64,000 bases of DNA. Origin: an uncultured Solirubrobacterales bacterium (GTDB lineage Bacteria; Actinomycetota; Thermoleophilia; Solirubrobacterales; Solirubrobacteraceae). A model generated the notes under the pieces. That model ran no database searches. It was not told the DNA's origin and saw only the letters and a program-made list of their open reading frames with translations. Shown here piece after piece: positions 30,204 through 39,554 of this stretch. Numbering within the stretch: position 1 is the stretch's first letter; each line of letters starts with the position of its first letter. Made by a program: the position numbers and the translations under genes. The DNA lies in assembly GCA_963810015.1 (NCBI GenBank), contig CAWEMC010000019.1, positions 3,530-67,529 of the forward strand. Reading direction: 5' to 3'.

Positions 30204-31082
30204 ATGAGCGTTGAGAGCGCCAAGGTCTACGGTCCTTCCGCCTTTGGCGGTGGTGTTCGGCGGTTCGTCGAACTGACACTGACGCTGGCCCGGACCGAGT
30301 TCAAGCTGCGCTACTTCGGCTCCGTGCTCGGGTACGTGTGGTCGCTGATGCGACCACTGCTGTTCTTCGGGGTGCTGTATTTCGTATTCACGCACGTGTT
30401 CAAGCTGGGCGCAGGAATCCCGCACTATGCGGTCTATCTCCTGATGTCGATCGTGATGTGGAATTTCTTCATCGAATCGACGTCAGGGTGCGTTCCATGC
30501 CTCCTCTCGCGCGAGGCAATCCTGCGAAAGGTTCGTTTCCCCCGAATGGTCGTACCCCTTTCGGTCTCGTTGACAGCGGTGTTCAACCTCGGGATGAATT
30601 TCATCGCCGTATTCGTATTCGCCATCGCGAACGGAGTCGACCCAAAGCTGTCCTGGCTCGAGCTGATTCCGCTCATCGGCGTGTGGATCGTATTCGCCAG
30701 CGGAATGGGAACGCTGCTGGCAGCGCTGTTCGTGCAGTATCGCGACGTGCAGCCGATCTGGGACGTCACCGCACAGGTGCTGTTTTACTGCTCGCCAATC
30801 CTCTACCTCGTGAGCTTCTTCAAGTCCGCAGGCCTCGAACGCGTGGCGATGCTGAATCCGATCGCGGCACTCAACACGCAAATGTCCCACGCGATCATCG
30901 GCTTCGTCACCCTCCACGGCATCTACGCGGCGAAGTACGGCCCCGTCGCCTTTCCGAGCGCCGCCACCGTCGCCCAGGGCGCGGTCTACCTCCTGGCGCC
31001 GGCCGCCATAGTCGTCGGAGTGTTCGCGCTGGGGTGGTGGGTGTTCATCCGCGAGGCGCCGCGGGTGGCCGAACACCTCTAG
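30204..31082 (+). CDS. wzm: Polysaccharide ABC exporter permease
   Basis: FKLRYFGSVLGYVWSLMRPL, YRDVQPIW, FY.SPILY, LNP. Confidence 0.95.
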   Translation: MSVESAKVYGPSAFGGGVRRFVELTLTLARTEFKLRYFGSVLGYVWSLMRPLLFFGVLYFVFTHVFKLGAGIPHYAVYLLMSIVMWNFFIESTSGCVPCLLSREAILRKVRFPRMVVPLSVSLTAVFNLGMNFIAVFVFAIANGVDPKLSWLELIPLIGVWIVFASGMGTLLAALFVQYRDVQPIWDVTAQVLFYCSPILYLVSFFKSAGLERVAMLNPIAALNTQMSHAIIGFVTLHGIYAAKYGPVAFPSAATVAQGAVYLLAPAAIVVGVFALGWWVFIREAPRVAEHL

Positions 31083-31102
31083 CTGTTCGCAGGCCCTGTG
31101 GC

Positions 31103-33181
31103 CTAGCGCCGGGCGCGGCGCAGGAGCTGCGATATCCGATAGCCCCTCTTGAGCGTGCCGAACAACGGACGGGCGAGCCGCGGATTGGTGGCAAGGGCGA
31201 GCAGTGGTCGCTCGAGGTCGGTCGGGAGCGCACCGCCCGGTCCGACGAGCCTAACGCCGTCTTCGCTGATCGTTCGCGAGCCTCCCAGCTCGTCCAAAGC
31301 GCCCGCCGTCGGTGGCGGACGATCGCAGGCGTCGCGATACACCTCCACGAGCAGGGCCGCCGTCGCGTCCCAACGCAGCCGATCACCGGCCACGCTGACG
31401 GATTTGATGTGTTGCTGGCGAACCGCTTCGTCGTGGAGCAGCACGATGAGCGCGTCGGCGGTCTCCTCTGCGCTCCACGGAGCAACTCCGGCCTCTGCGT
31501 CGGGCAAGATCTCGCTCAGGGCCGTGCCGGCCGCCCACATGCAGGGGGTCGAGTAACTCGCCGCTTCGAACGGCACAAACCCGAAGCCCTCGTAGAGCGT
31601 CGGGTACAGCACCGCTCTGGCCCTCGTCAGCAGCCACGCCTTTTCGGCCTCGGAGACGGCCCCGAGATCCAGGCACCTTGATGCCAGGTCGGGATGCGCG
31701 GCCAGAAACGAAGCCTCCTCGGGCGCGGAAGAACCGAACTCGACGTGGGGACCGGCCAGCACCAGCCAACCCTCCCAGCCGTGACGCCCACGGAGCTGCT
31801 GGAAGATCTGCAACGCGAACGGCCGATTCTTGTGACGGAGATCGGTGCCAAGGCAGAGCACGAACCCATCGCTATTCGTAAGGCGTGACGCCCCAGGCGG
31901 ACGTGCGGGGGCAGCGTCCATCAGCCCCAATCGGTGGTCGACGCCGAGCCGCACGACGGTTGCGCGCTCTGGCTCGACAAGGTCTTCCAGGCAGGCGTCC
32001 CGGCGGGCATGGTCGGACAAGAACACGACGCGGTCCGCGATCGCGAGGGAGCGTCGCGTCAGCGACCGGTAGCGCTCCCACTCGTCCTGTGACCGGTGGT
32101 AAGACGGGGTGCGGTACTGGATCAGATCCAGCTGCGTGACCACCAAGCGTTCGCCGAGATCACGCAGCAGCACGAGATCGGGCGCGTTCCAGACCTGAAA
32201 TGGCCGATGGACGACGTCGCCGGGCTCAATAGGCCCGGTGGTCTCCAAGAACTTGACCTCGACGCCGTCGATCTGGTCGAGCGCGATGCGCGCGTGCCCT
32301 CCGATATTGCCCGTCACCGCGGCTCGCACGCGTACATCCGGATTGCGCCCGAGGGCTCCGAGCAGTTCGAGCAAAAGGACCTGGGTGCCCGTGAAAGAGG
32401 GAGCCGCCAATGCTCTCGCGTCCACGACCACAGACAGGCCGGAGATAGCTCGCCGGGCGGCACTGAGGCAGCGCCCAACGGGGGTCCTCGCCTCGGTGCG
32501 CGCCGGCCTCGGCGCGGCGCCGTTCCGGAAGGAGACGACCACGTCATCGGCCCCTATATGAGACAAGCCGACGCGCGTGCAGCGGTCGAAAAAGCCGGCG
32601 TCCGCTGGTGTGGACGGCACCCGAGCCGCGAGCTCGATGGCAGACCGCCGCACGTACGTGCAGGACGTTCCGGCCGTCGAGAGCCTGGGGCGAAGCCGGG
32701 ACGAGCTGGCACGAACGGCCTCAGCGACGTCGTCAAGTGAGCCTGCCGAGTTGTCTCTTAGCGCCACACCGACGTCGCTGACGGAGATGAAGAAACCGTC
32801 GTCGACCATTGCCGAGGCCGTCGCAACTGCAGCGTCGCTATAAGCGGCCTCTCGCAAGGCCTCGAGCCAGCCTGCCGCGACCGCACACTCCGACTCCACG
32901 AACACGACGTCGGCCTCACCGGCGAGTGCCGAGATCAGATCGATCGTCGCGCCGAGCGCGCCGGGGGCCACAGCTTGCAGCACAAGAAGCTCCCGGTCCG
33001 GGATGGCGTCCGCGAGCGACGCGACCTCGGTCCCCTGATCGCCGGAGTGCACCCCAGCACCGTCGACGGTCAGAAACGGGACCTCGGCGGCCGTGTGGGC
33101 GTCCATAGAGCGGATGCAGGCAGCCAACGCCGCGCCTCCGGAGCTCACCAGGGTGCAAACCAGGCAAGCCCCACGACGCAT
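31103..33181 (-). CDS. Glycosyltransferase fusion: degenerate GT2-like N-domain plus GT4 C-domain
   Basis: DVVFVESECAVAAGWLEAL; LCLGTDLRHKNR; YPTLYEGFGFVPFEAA; start uncertain. Confidence 0.82.
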   Translation of the reverse strand: MRRGACLVCTLVSSGGAALAACIRSMDAHTAAEVPFLTVDGAGVHSGDQGTEVASLADAIPDRELLVLQAVAPGALGATIDLISALAGEADVVFVESECAVAAGWLEALREAAYSDAAVATASAMVDDGFFISVSDVGVALRDNSAGSLDDVAEAVRASSSRLRPRLSTAGTSCTYVRRSAIELAARVPSTPADAGFFDRCTRVGLSHIGADDVVVSFRNGAAPRPARTEARTPVGRCLSAARRAISGLSVVVDARALAAPSFTGTQVLLLELLGALGRNPDVRVRAAVTGNIGGHARIALDQIDGVEVKFLETTGPIEPGDVVHRPFQVWNAPDLVLLRDLGERLVVTQLDLIQYRTPSYHRSQDEWERYRSLTRRSLAIADRVVFLSDHARRDACLEDLVEPERATVVRLGVDHRLGLMDAAPARPPGASRLTNSDGFVLCLGTDLRHKNRPFALQIFQQLRGRHGWEGWLVLAGPHVEFGSSAPEEASFLAAHPDLASRCLDLGAVSEAEKAWLLTRARAVLYPTLYEGFGFVPFEAASYSTPCMWAAGTALSEILPDAEAGVAPWSAEETADALIVLLHDEAVRQQHIKSVSVAGDRLRWDATAALLVEVYRDACDRPPPTAGALDELGGSRTISEDGVRLVGPGGALPTDLERPLLALATNPRLARPLFGTLKRGYRISQLLRRARR

Positions 33182-33258
33182 CCCGAGTCTCGACTCGGCC
33201 GTGATGGTGCGCACCGGCACGTGCAGATTATTGCGGCCGTAGTTCTGTCGAGCCGGTC

Positions 33259-34191
33259 CTAGAGCCCGGCGAGAATCGTCCTCAGACCCTCGCGGAGCTG
33301 CACCCTGGCCTCCCATCCCAGCTCGCGACCGGCGCGGCTCACGTCGAGACAGCTGCGACGGACCTCGCCCGGGCGCTCCGGCGCAAACCTCGGCTCGCGT
33401 AGGGATCCAAACCGATCGCCCACATCGTCCAAGGCCGATAGCAACTCGAGTACGGACGTCTCGCGGCCCCACCCGATGTTCACGGGACCGGCCACGTCAG
33501 TCTCCGCCGCGCGCAGGTTCGCTCGGACTACGTCCCCCACCTCCACCCAGTCCCGGGTCTGGCGGCCGTCGCCAAACACCGTTGGGGTGCAGCCGTCGAT
33601 GAGATGCCCGCAGAAGATCGCCACGACGCCCGCCTCACCCTGGACGTCCTGTCGTGGGCCGTAGACATTTCCGTAACGCAGCGAGACGGTGGAGAGCCCG
33701 TGGAGGCGCGTGTAGAGCTCGCAGTAGCCCTCGGCCGCGTACTTGCTCTGCCCGTACGGCGCCAGCGGTCGAATCGGGTAGTCCTCGGGTGTCGGCAGCC
33801 GCTCGGCGTCCCCATACAGCCCGCCGCCCGTCGACGTGTTGATGATGCGTCGCACCCCGGCGGATCGCGCCGCCTCCAGTACGGCAATCGTGCCGAGCAC
33901 GTTCGTCTGCGCGTCCCCAGCCGGATGTTCGACCGCGTAGCGAACGTCGATCTGGGCGGCGAGATGGAAGACGAGCTCGGGGCGTGCCGCGGCGATCACG
34001 TCCGAGACGGATTCGGCGTCCCGCACATCGACCTCGTGCAGCGCGACGCCGCGCTCGAGCGCCAGGTCCAGGTTCGATCGCCTGCCGGTCGAGAGGTTGT
34101 CGATGACCGTCACCCCGTAGCCGCGATCGACCAGCGCATCCACGAGGTTTGAGCCGATGAAGCCCGCGCCGCCTGTGACAACACAATCCAT
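33259..34191 (-). CDS. UDP-glucose 4-epimerase-like SDR (GalE1 type)
   Basis: VTGGAGFIGSNL, HLAAQIDVR, STGG.LYG, YGQSK, NVYGPRQ, GEAGVVAIF. Confidence 0.92.
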   Translation of the reverse strand: MDCVVTGGAGFIGSNLVDALVDRGYGVTVIDNLSTGRRSNLDLALERGVALHEVDVRDAESVSDVIAAARPELVFHLAAQIDVRYAVEHPAGDAQTNVLGTIAVLEAARSAGVRRIINTSTGGGLYGDAERLPTPEDYPIRPLAPYGQSKYAAEGYCELYTRLHGLSTVSLRYGNVYGPRQDVQGEAGVVAIFCGHLIDGCTPTVFGDGRQTRDWVEVGDVVRANLRAAETDVAGPVNIGWGRETSVLELLSALDDVGDRFGSLREPRFAPERPGEVRRSCLDVSRAGRELGWEARVQLREGLRTILAGL

Positions 34192-34238
34192 CAGCGGCGG
34201 GAGCTTAGCCCTCCACCCATTTGGCAAGCATTCCCGTC

Positions 34239-34404
34239 GCAGGGAACCACGTGCGGCCCGTTCGCGGGTCGCACGGCTTTCCTGCATAGGTAAGGTTGGC
34301 GGGCCCGCACCGCGTTTGCGCGGTACGGGCCCGGCCGCAGGACGACCCTGGTAGGGCTGGGGGCCGTCCGAGGCTCGCGAGAAAGGGGGCGATGCTCGCG
34401 AGCC
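34239..34404 (-). ncRNA. Candidate structured leader or sRNA with four hairpins
   Basis: Stems at 34239-34285, 34300-34333, 34340-34369 and 34372-34404; minus-strand TTCGCG-N17-TATGCT (-10 at 34428-34433) upstream. Confidence 0.4.
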
Positions 34405-34578
34405 CGAGCGACTTCCATGTCACGGAAAGCATATCGCGCCGCTTGTTAAACGCGAACTAACTTGGCCGGAAATTCAGCGCCTTTGCCGAACAAACATCGC
34501 AACCCAACACGCTGTTTGCCGTTGCAGATCTACAACTGCGGGCTGGGACCCGCGCAAAACACGAGCCAAGAGCGATCG

Positions 34579-35394
34579 GTGCGCCCCGAAGGTTCTCTCA
34601 GAACCCAGCTGTCGACGATCCCCTCGCCGAAGAAGGTCGGCGTGCTCGGTGTGCCCCTTGCGCTCACCGACTACGAGCGCACGCTCGACTGGATGGAGGA
34701 GATGATCGCGCACGACGAGCACGGCTACGTGTGCGTGTGCAACGTCCACACGGTGATGGCATCGGGCGAGGACGAGGAGCTTCGCACGGCGGTGACCGAA
34801 TCGTCGATGAACGTGCCCGACGGCCAGCCTCTGGTGTGGGCGATCAACGCGCTCGGCCATCCGCTCGGCAGACGCGTGTACGGACCAGACCTGATGGCCC
34901 AGGCGTGCGCACGCGCGGCGACGAGCGGGCGGCGGTTCTATCTCTACGGCGGGCGTAATCAGGGAGCTCTCGTCCAGCTCGCGCTGAACCTCCGCCAGCG
35001 CTATCCCGGCGTGAAGATCGTCGGCGGCTACTCCCCTCCGCACCGGCTCCTGACCGAGGAGGAGCGGGACGCCGTCGCGAACGAGATCAACCATTCCCAC
35101 GCGGACGTCGTCTGGGTCGGGATCGGCGTTCCCAAGCAGGAGAAGTGGATGGCGGATATGCGTCCCCGCCTCGACGCCTCGCTGCTGATCGGCGTCGGCG
35201 CCGCCTTCGACTTCCACGCCGGCTTGGTGCCGCAAGCGCCCGGTTGGCTGCAACAGGCCGGGCTCGAATGGGCCTACCGGCTGGCCCATGAACCTCGGCG
35301 GCTGTGGCGGCGGTACGTGCGCTACAACCCACGCTTCATCGTCGCCTTCTCTGGCCAGCTGCTCAGGCACCGGCTCGGGACGCGGACGCGCTAG
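34579..35394 (+). CDS. WecB/TagA/CpsF family glycosyltransferase
   Basis: NVH, VPDGQP, RVYGPDL, VGIGVPKQEKW, GVGAAFDF, APGWLQQAGLEWAYRL..EPRRLWRRY. Confidence 0.95.
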   Translation: MRPEGSLRTQLSTIPSPKKVGVLGVPLALTDYERTLDWMEEMIAHDEHGYVCVCNVHTVMASGEDEELRTAVTESSMNVPDGQPLVWAINALGHPLGRRVYGPDLMAQACARAATSGRRFYLYGGRNQGALVQLALNLRQRYPGVKIVGGYSPPHRLLTEEERDAVANEINHSHADVVWVGIGVPKQEKWMADMRPRLDASLLIGVGAAFDFHAGLVPQAPGWLQQAGLEWAYRLAHEPRRLWRRYVRYNPRFIVAFSGQLLRHRLGTRTR

Positions 35395-35423
35395 CGCCGC
35401 GGCGAGCAACCAGAACGGCGCGC

Positions 35424-36245
35424 ATGAACGCTCCCCACGATCGGCCCGACTTCTTGTCGGGACACAGCGGCCATGTGGCCGGCGTCCGGCAGACCTCGAA
35501 GGCGCTCCTCGCCGACCTCCTCGCCGACGCTTGGGCCACAGCTCAGTTGCAGCGCCCGAGGCTGCGGCGGGCCGCCCGAGCTTCGCCTGCGCGGCGCGTC
35601 CTAGTGCTGGCGGTCGAGCGGACGGACGTCGCGAACCTGCTGGAGCCGGCGCGGAGGCAACTCCTGCGCTCCCGTCAGAACGTCGAGTTCGAGAGCGTCC
35701 CGGTCGGCGACCGGGGCAAGTTCGAGAATCTCAACGCGCTGCTGCGCGCCCATCCGCCGCATGACCACGAGTGGCTGCTCGTCGTCGACGACGACGTCGT
35801 GCTGCCACGCGGGTTCCTCGACGTGTTCCTGTTCCTTGCCGAGCGGTTCGAGCTTCGTCTTGCCCAGCCCGCCCACCGCAGCCGCTCGCACGCGGCTTGG
35901 GCCGTGACCCGTCGCCGCGCGGGGAGCGTCGCGCGCGAGACCGCCTTCGTCGAGATCGGACCCGTCACCGCGTTTCACCGCACGACGTTCGACGTGCTGC
36001 TGCCGTTCCCCGAGCTGCGCATCGGCTGGGGCCTCGACGCCCACTGGTCGGCGCTGGCGCGTGAGCACGGCTGGAAGATCGGGATCGTTGATGCGACGCC
36101 GATCCGCCACAGTCTGCGCCCGGTTGGAACTTCATATCAGCACCAGGCGGCCATCGACGAGGCTCGCGGGTTCCTCACCGACCGTCCCTACGTCAGCGCT
36201 CTCGAGGCGCAGCAAACGCTCGCCCGCCACCGGTCCTGGCAGTGA
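35424..36245 (+). CDS. GT-A-like protein resembling DUF707
   Basis: WLLVVDDDV (DxD), LRLAQPA, TAFVEIGP, GWGLD.HW, GIVDA. Confidence 0.7.
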   Translation: MNAPHDRPDFLSGHSGHVAGVRQTSKALLADLLADAWATAQLQRPRLRRAARASPARRVLVLAVERTDVANLLEPARRQLLRSRQNVEFESVPVGDRGKFENLNALLRAHPPHDHEWLLVVDDDVVLPRGFLDVFLFLAERFELRLAQPAHRSRSHAAWAVTRRRAGSVARETAFVEIGPVTAFHRTTFDVLLPFPELRIGWGLDAHWSALAREHGWKIGIVDATPIRHSLRPVGTSYQHQAAIDEARGFLTDRPYVSALEAQQTLARHRSWQ

Positions 36246-38326
36246 GCACCGACCCATCGCTAAGAGTTCCGTCGCTGCGGGTCACCACGCCAGCCGGCGC
36301 GTCACCGCAGGGTCGTGCAGGTGGCCGCGCCACGGCCCGGTTGGGCACCCTCAGCGTGGACGTGGTGCTCGGGATCGGGCTCGCCGCGGGGTTGGCGGCC
36401 ATCGCCTTTGTGACCACCGGTGGCGAGGCTTTGGGCCCGAACACGTGGACCGAGATCGTCCTGACGATCATCGGGGCCGCACTCGCGACGGCGGTGCTCC
36501 TGATCGGAGCCCCGGGACGCGCCTGGGGCGGCGCCACCGTCGCCCTGTTCGCGCTGCTCGCGGCGCTGACCGCAGCGTCGATCTCATGGTCAGTACAGCC
36601 AAACAACTCCTGGATCGAGGCGGGCCGGACCCTCTCCTACCTGGCTGTGTTCGCCGGGGGGGCCGCGCTCGCGCGCCTGCTGCCCTCGCGCTGGGCTGCG
36701 GTCGTGGGGGCAGTCGCGCTGGCAGCCACCGTGATCAGCGCCTACGCCCTGCTCGTCAAGGTGTTCCCGGCGGCGCTCGACGCGAACGATCAGTTCGGCC
36801 GTCTCCAGGCACCGTTCCAGTACTGGAACGCGACGGGGCTGATTGGGGCGCTCGGCCTGGCCCCGTGCCTGTGGGCCGGTGCCCGTCGCGAGCGGGCCCG
36901 CCTGCTCCGCGCGTTCGCGATCCCGGCGGTGTCAATCCTTCTGACCGTGATCGTGCTTTCCTACTCCCGGGGAGCGCTGCTGGTGGCGGTGCTCGGGCTG
37001 GCCTGCTGGTTTGCGACCGTGCCACTCCGGCTTCGCGGGGCGCTGGTGTTGATCCTCGGATCGCTCGGGGCGGGCGCGATCACCGCCTTCGCGCTGGCGA
37101 CGCCGTCCCTGACTCACGACCAGATTGCCATCCACTCGCGTACCCACGCCGGTCACGCGTTCGGCGTGGTGCTGGTCCTCGTGCTCGTGCTGGCCTTGCT
37201 CGCCGGGCTGATCGCGGCGTTCGCGATGGATCGCGTGACTGTGCCCGAGGCCGTTCGCCGGCGTCTGGGGGTGGCGCTGCTCGTCGCCGTGGCGCTCGTG
37301 CCGGTCGGCGCGATCGTCGCGATCGCCGGGTCCTCTAGGGGCCTGACCGGCGAGGTCTCGCACCTCTTCTCGACACTGACCAACACCAAGGGCGGGGCCA
37401 GCAACACACCCGCGCGCCTGGTGAATCTGGGGAACACCCGAGCCCGCTATTGGAGCGAGGGCGTGAAGGTCGGCGAACATGCCCTGCTCAAAGGGGTCGG
37501 CGCGCTTGGGTACGAGACCGCGGTCACCCGCTTCACAACTGACTCGAACGTCGTTCCACACGCCCACAGCTTCGTCGTCCAGACGTTCGCGGACTTCGGG
37601 TTGATCGGAATCGCGGTGATGCTGGCGCTCATCACAGCGTGGGGGCTGGCCACGTGGCGGACGCTGAGGCGAGGCGACTCCGATTGGAATACAGGGGAAC
37701 GCGCAGGCCTGTTCACGATGCTTGCCGTGGTCGTCACGTTCGGCGCGCATTCGGCGATCGACTGGACCTGGTTCGTTCCCGGGGTCGCGCTCCCGGGGCT
37801 GGTGTGCGCCGGGTGGCTGGTCGGCCGCGGGCCGTCGACCGACGGCGTGGGATTGGCGCCGCAACGCCGGAGGCTGGGGGACGCGCCCGGGTTAGGCGCC
37901 GTGGCGATTGCGCTCGCCGCGGTCACGCTCCTGTGCCTGTGGGCGGTGTGGCAGCCGCTGCGTTCCCAGGACGCCGACAATGCGGCGATCGCGGCGTTCG
38001 CCGCCGGCGATGCCAGGGCCGCGCTCGACGAGGCCCATACCGCTGCAGCGCGCGATCCGTTGACCGTCGATCCGCTGTTCCAGTTGGCGGCTATATACAC
38101 GTCGATCGGGGACCGCCAGGCCGCCCGCGCCGAGCTTCTGAGCGCCACCGGTCGCCAGCCGCAGAACCCGCAGACGTGGCTCGAGCTCGGCGAGTTCTAT
38201 CTTCAAGAGCACGAGCCCGCGTCAGCGCTCGGCCCGCTGGGCCGGGCAACGAGCCTCGATCTCGGCTCGGCCGAGATCAGTCAGGCGCTCTCGCGGGCGC
38301 GTGCCGAGAGCGGGCGCGAGGGCTGA
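36242..38326 (+). CDS. O-antigen ligase (Wzy_C) family protein with C-terminal TPR-like repeats
   Basis: Many TM segments; YWNATG, LSYSRGA, R..YW, HAHS..VQ.FADFGLIG; helical TPR-like tail (QPQNPQTWLELGEFYL). Confidence 0.88.
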   Translation: MSTDPSLRVPSLRVTTPAGASPQGRAGGRATARLGTLSVDVVLGIGLAAGLAAIAFVTTGGEALGPNTWTEIVLTIIGAALATAVLLIGAPGRAWGGATVALFALLAALTAASISWSVQPNNSWIEAGRTLSYLAVFAGGAALARLLPSRWAAVVGAVALAATVISAYALLVKVFPAALDANDQFGRLQAPFQYWNATGLIGALGLAPCLWAGARRERARLLRAFAIPAVSILLTVIVLSYSRGALLVAVLGLACWFATVPLRLRGALVLILGSLGAGAITAFALATPSLTHDQIAIHSRTHAGHAFGVVLVLVLVLALLAGLIAAFAMDRVTVPEAVRRRLGVALLVAVALVPVGAIVAIAGSSRGLTGEVSHLFSTLTNTKGGASNTPARLVNLGNTRARYWSEGVKVGEHALLKGVGALGYETAVTRFTTDSNVVPHAHSFVVQTFADFGLIGIAVMLALITAWGLATWRTLRRGDSDWNTGERAGLFTMLAVVVTFGAHSAIDWTWFVPGVALPGLVCAGWLVGRGPSTDGVGLAPQRRRLGDAPGLGAVAIALAAVTLLCLWAVWQPLRSQDADNAAIAAFAAGDARAALDEAHTAAARDPLTVDPLFQLAAIYTSIGDRQAARAELLSATGRQPQNPQTWLELGEFYLQEHEPASALGPLGRATSLDLGSAEISQALSRARAESGREG

Positions 38327-38387
38327 GCCGACGTCACCGCCGCTGGCCACCTTCGCGTGAGCGACAGCGAGCGTGGGGCAGGGTGGC

Positions 38388-39554
38388 TCAGGCGATGGCC
38401 AGCGGATCCTCCTCCACCACGAGGTCGTCGGCGTGCCCGCCCCGCTTCCTGCACACCGCGTACAGCAACTCCTCGTAGCGGTCTGTGACCGCCTCCCACG
38501 AATACTCCTTGGCCCGCTGCAGCGCACGGTCGCGATACCTCTCGACGGCGGCGGGATCGCCGAGCAGCCACTCCAGCTGGCGGGCGAGGTCGTCGACCCC
38601 GATGGCGCCGGAGAAGTAGACGCCGGCATCGCCCACCGTCTCGGCGTTGGGCCGGTGGTCATTGACGAGCACGCAGTTCCCCGCCGCCATCGCCTCGAGG
38701 ATCACCGGGTGCGTCCCGCCGACCTCGGTCGGAGCACAAAACAGGTAGGCGTGGTGCTGGAGCTGCCAGTAGCCGCGTCCGAAAACGTATCCCGGGAACA
38801 CCACCCGTGGATCGGCGGCCCGCCGGACCCGGCGGATGTAGTCGTCGGCGTACGGCGCCCCGCCGACGATCGCGACCTTCATCCCGCGCGTCTCGTCGGC
38901 GCCGATCCGCGAGAACGCCTCCACCAACAGATGCGGATTGTTCTCGGGCTCGAGCCGGCCGACGAAAAGGATGTACTTCCGCGGCTCGAGCCCCAACCGC
39001 TCGAGCACGTCGGTGCCATCATCGCCGGGATCCTCCACGCCGTAGGGAACGACGCCGATCCTCCGGCCGTACCTGCGCTCGAAAACATCGGCAACCGCGT
39101 GGCTGTCGGTGATCGCGGCATCGGCCAACCGGGGAGCGGCCCTTTCCGCAAACCTGAGGTAGACCTTCGCGAACGCCGGCCATTTGCGGCGATCCGAGTC
39201 GAGGCCGTCGACGTTTATCAGCGACGGGATCGACGCCCAGCGCGTGATCAGGCACATGGGCGAATTGCCGGCAATGAAGAACAGCGCCACGTCCGGCCTG
39301 GTGACGCGCGCGGCGTGCACGGCTGAGCGGAAAGTGTGGACGAATGTGTCGAGGTATTTGTTCTGGACGGTCCGCAGGTGGACGAGTCGCGCCCCCTTGT
39401 ACTCGGTCAGACTCGGGTCGACGACGTGCGAGCGACAGTAGACGATCACCTCGTGACCGCGTGCGGTCAGGCGCGCGGCGAGCTGTTCGACGGCCGTCTC
39501 GAAGCCACTGTATGAAGCGGGAATCCCCCGCGTGCCGAGGATCGCGATCTTCAT
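38388..39554 (-). CDS. GT4 glycosyltransferase with DUF1972-type N-terminus
   Basis: MKIAILGTRGIPASYSGFET, INVDGL, VGRLEPENN, EVGGTHPVILEAMAAG. Confidence 0.92.
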   Translation of the reverse strand: MKIAILGTRGIPASYSGFETAVEQLAARLTARGHEVIVYCRSHVVDPSLTEYKGARLVHLRTVQNKYLDTFVHTFRSAVHAARVTRPDVALFFIAGNSPMCLITRWASIPSLINVDGLDSDRRKWPAFAKVYLRFAERAAPRLADAAITDSHAVADVFERRYGRRIGVVPYGVEDPGDDGTDVLERLGLEPRKYILFVGRLEPENNPHLLVEAFSRIGADETRGMKVAIVGGAPYADDYIRRVRRAADPRVVFPGYVFGRGYWQLQHHAYLFCAPTEVGGTHPVILEAMAAGNCVLVNDHRPNAETVGDAGVYFSGAIGVDDLARQLEWLLGDPAAVERYRDRALQRAKEYSWEAVTDRYEELLYAVCRKRGGHADDLVVEEDPLAIA

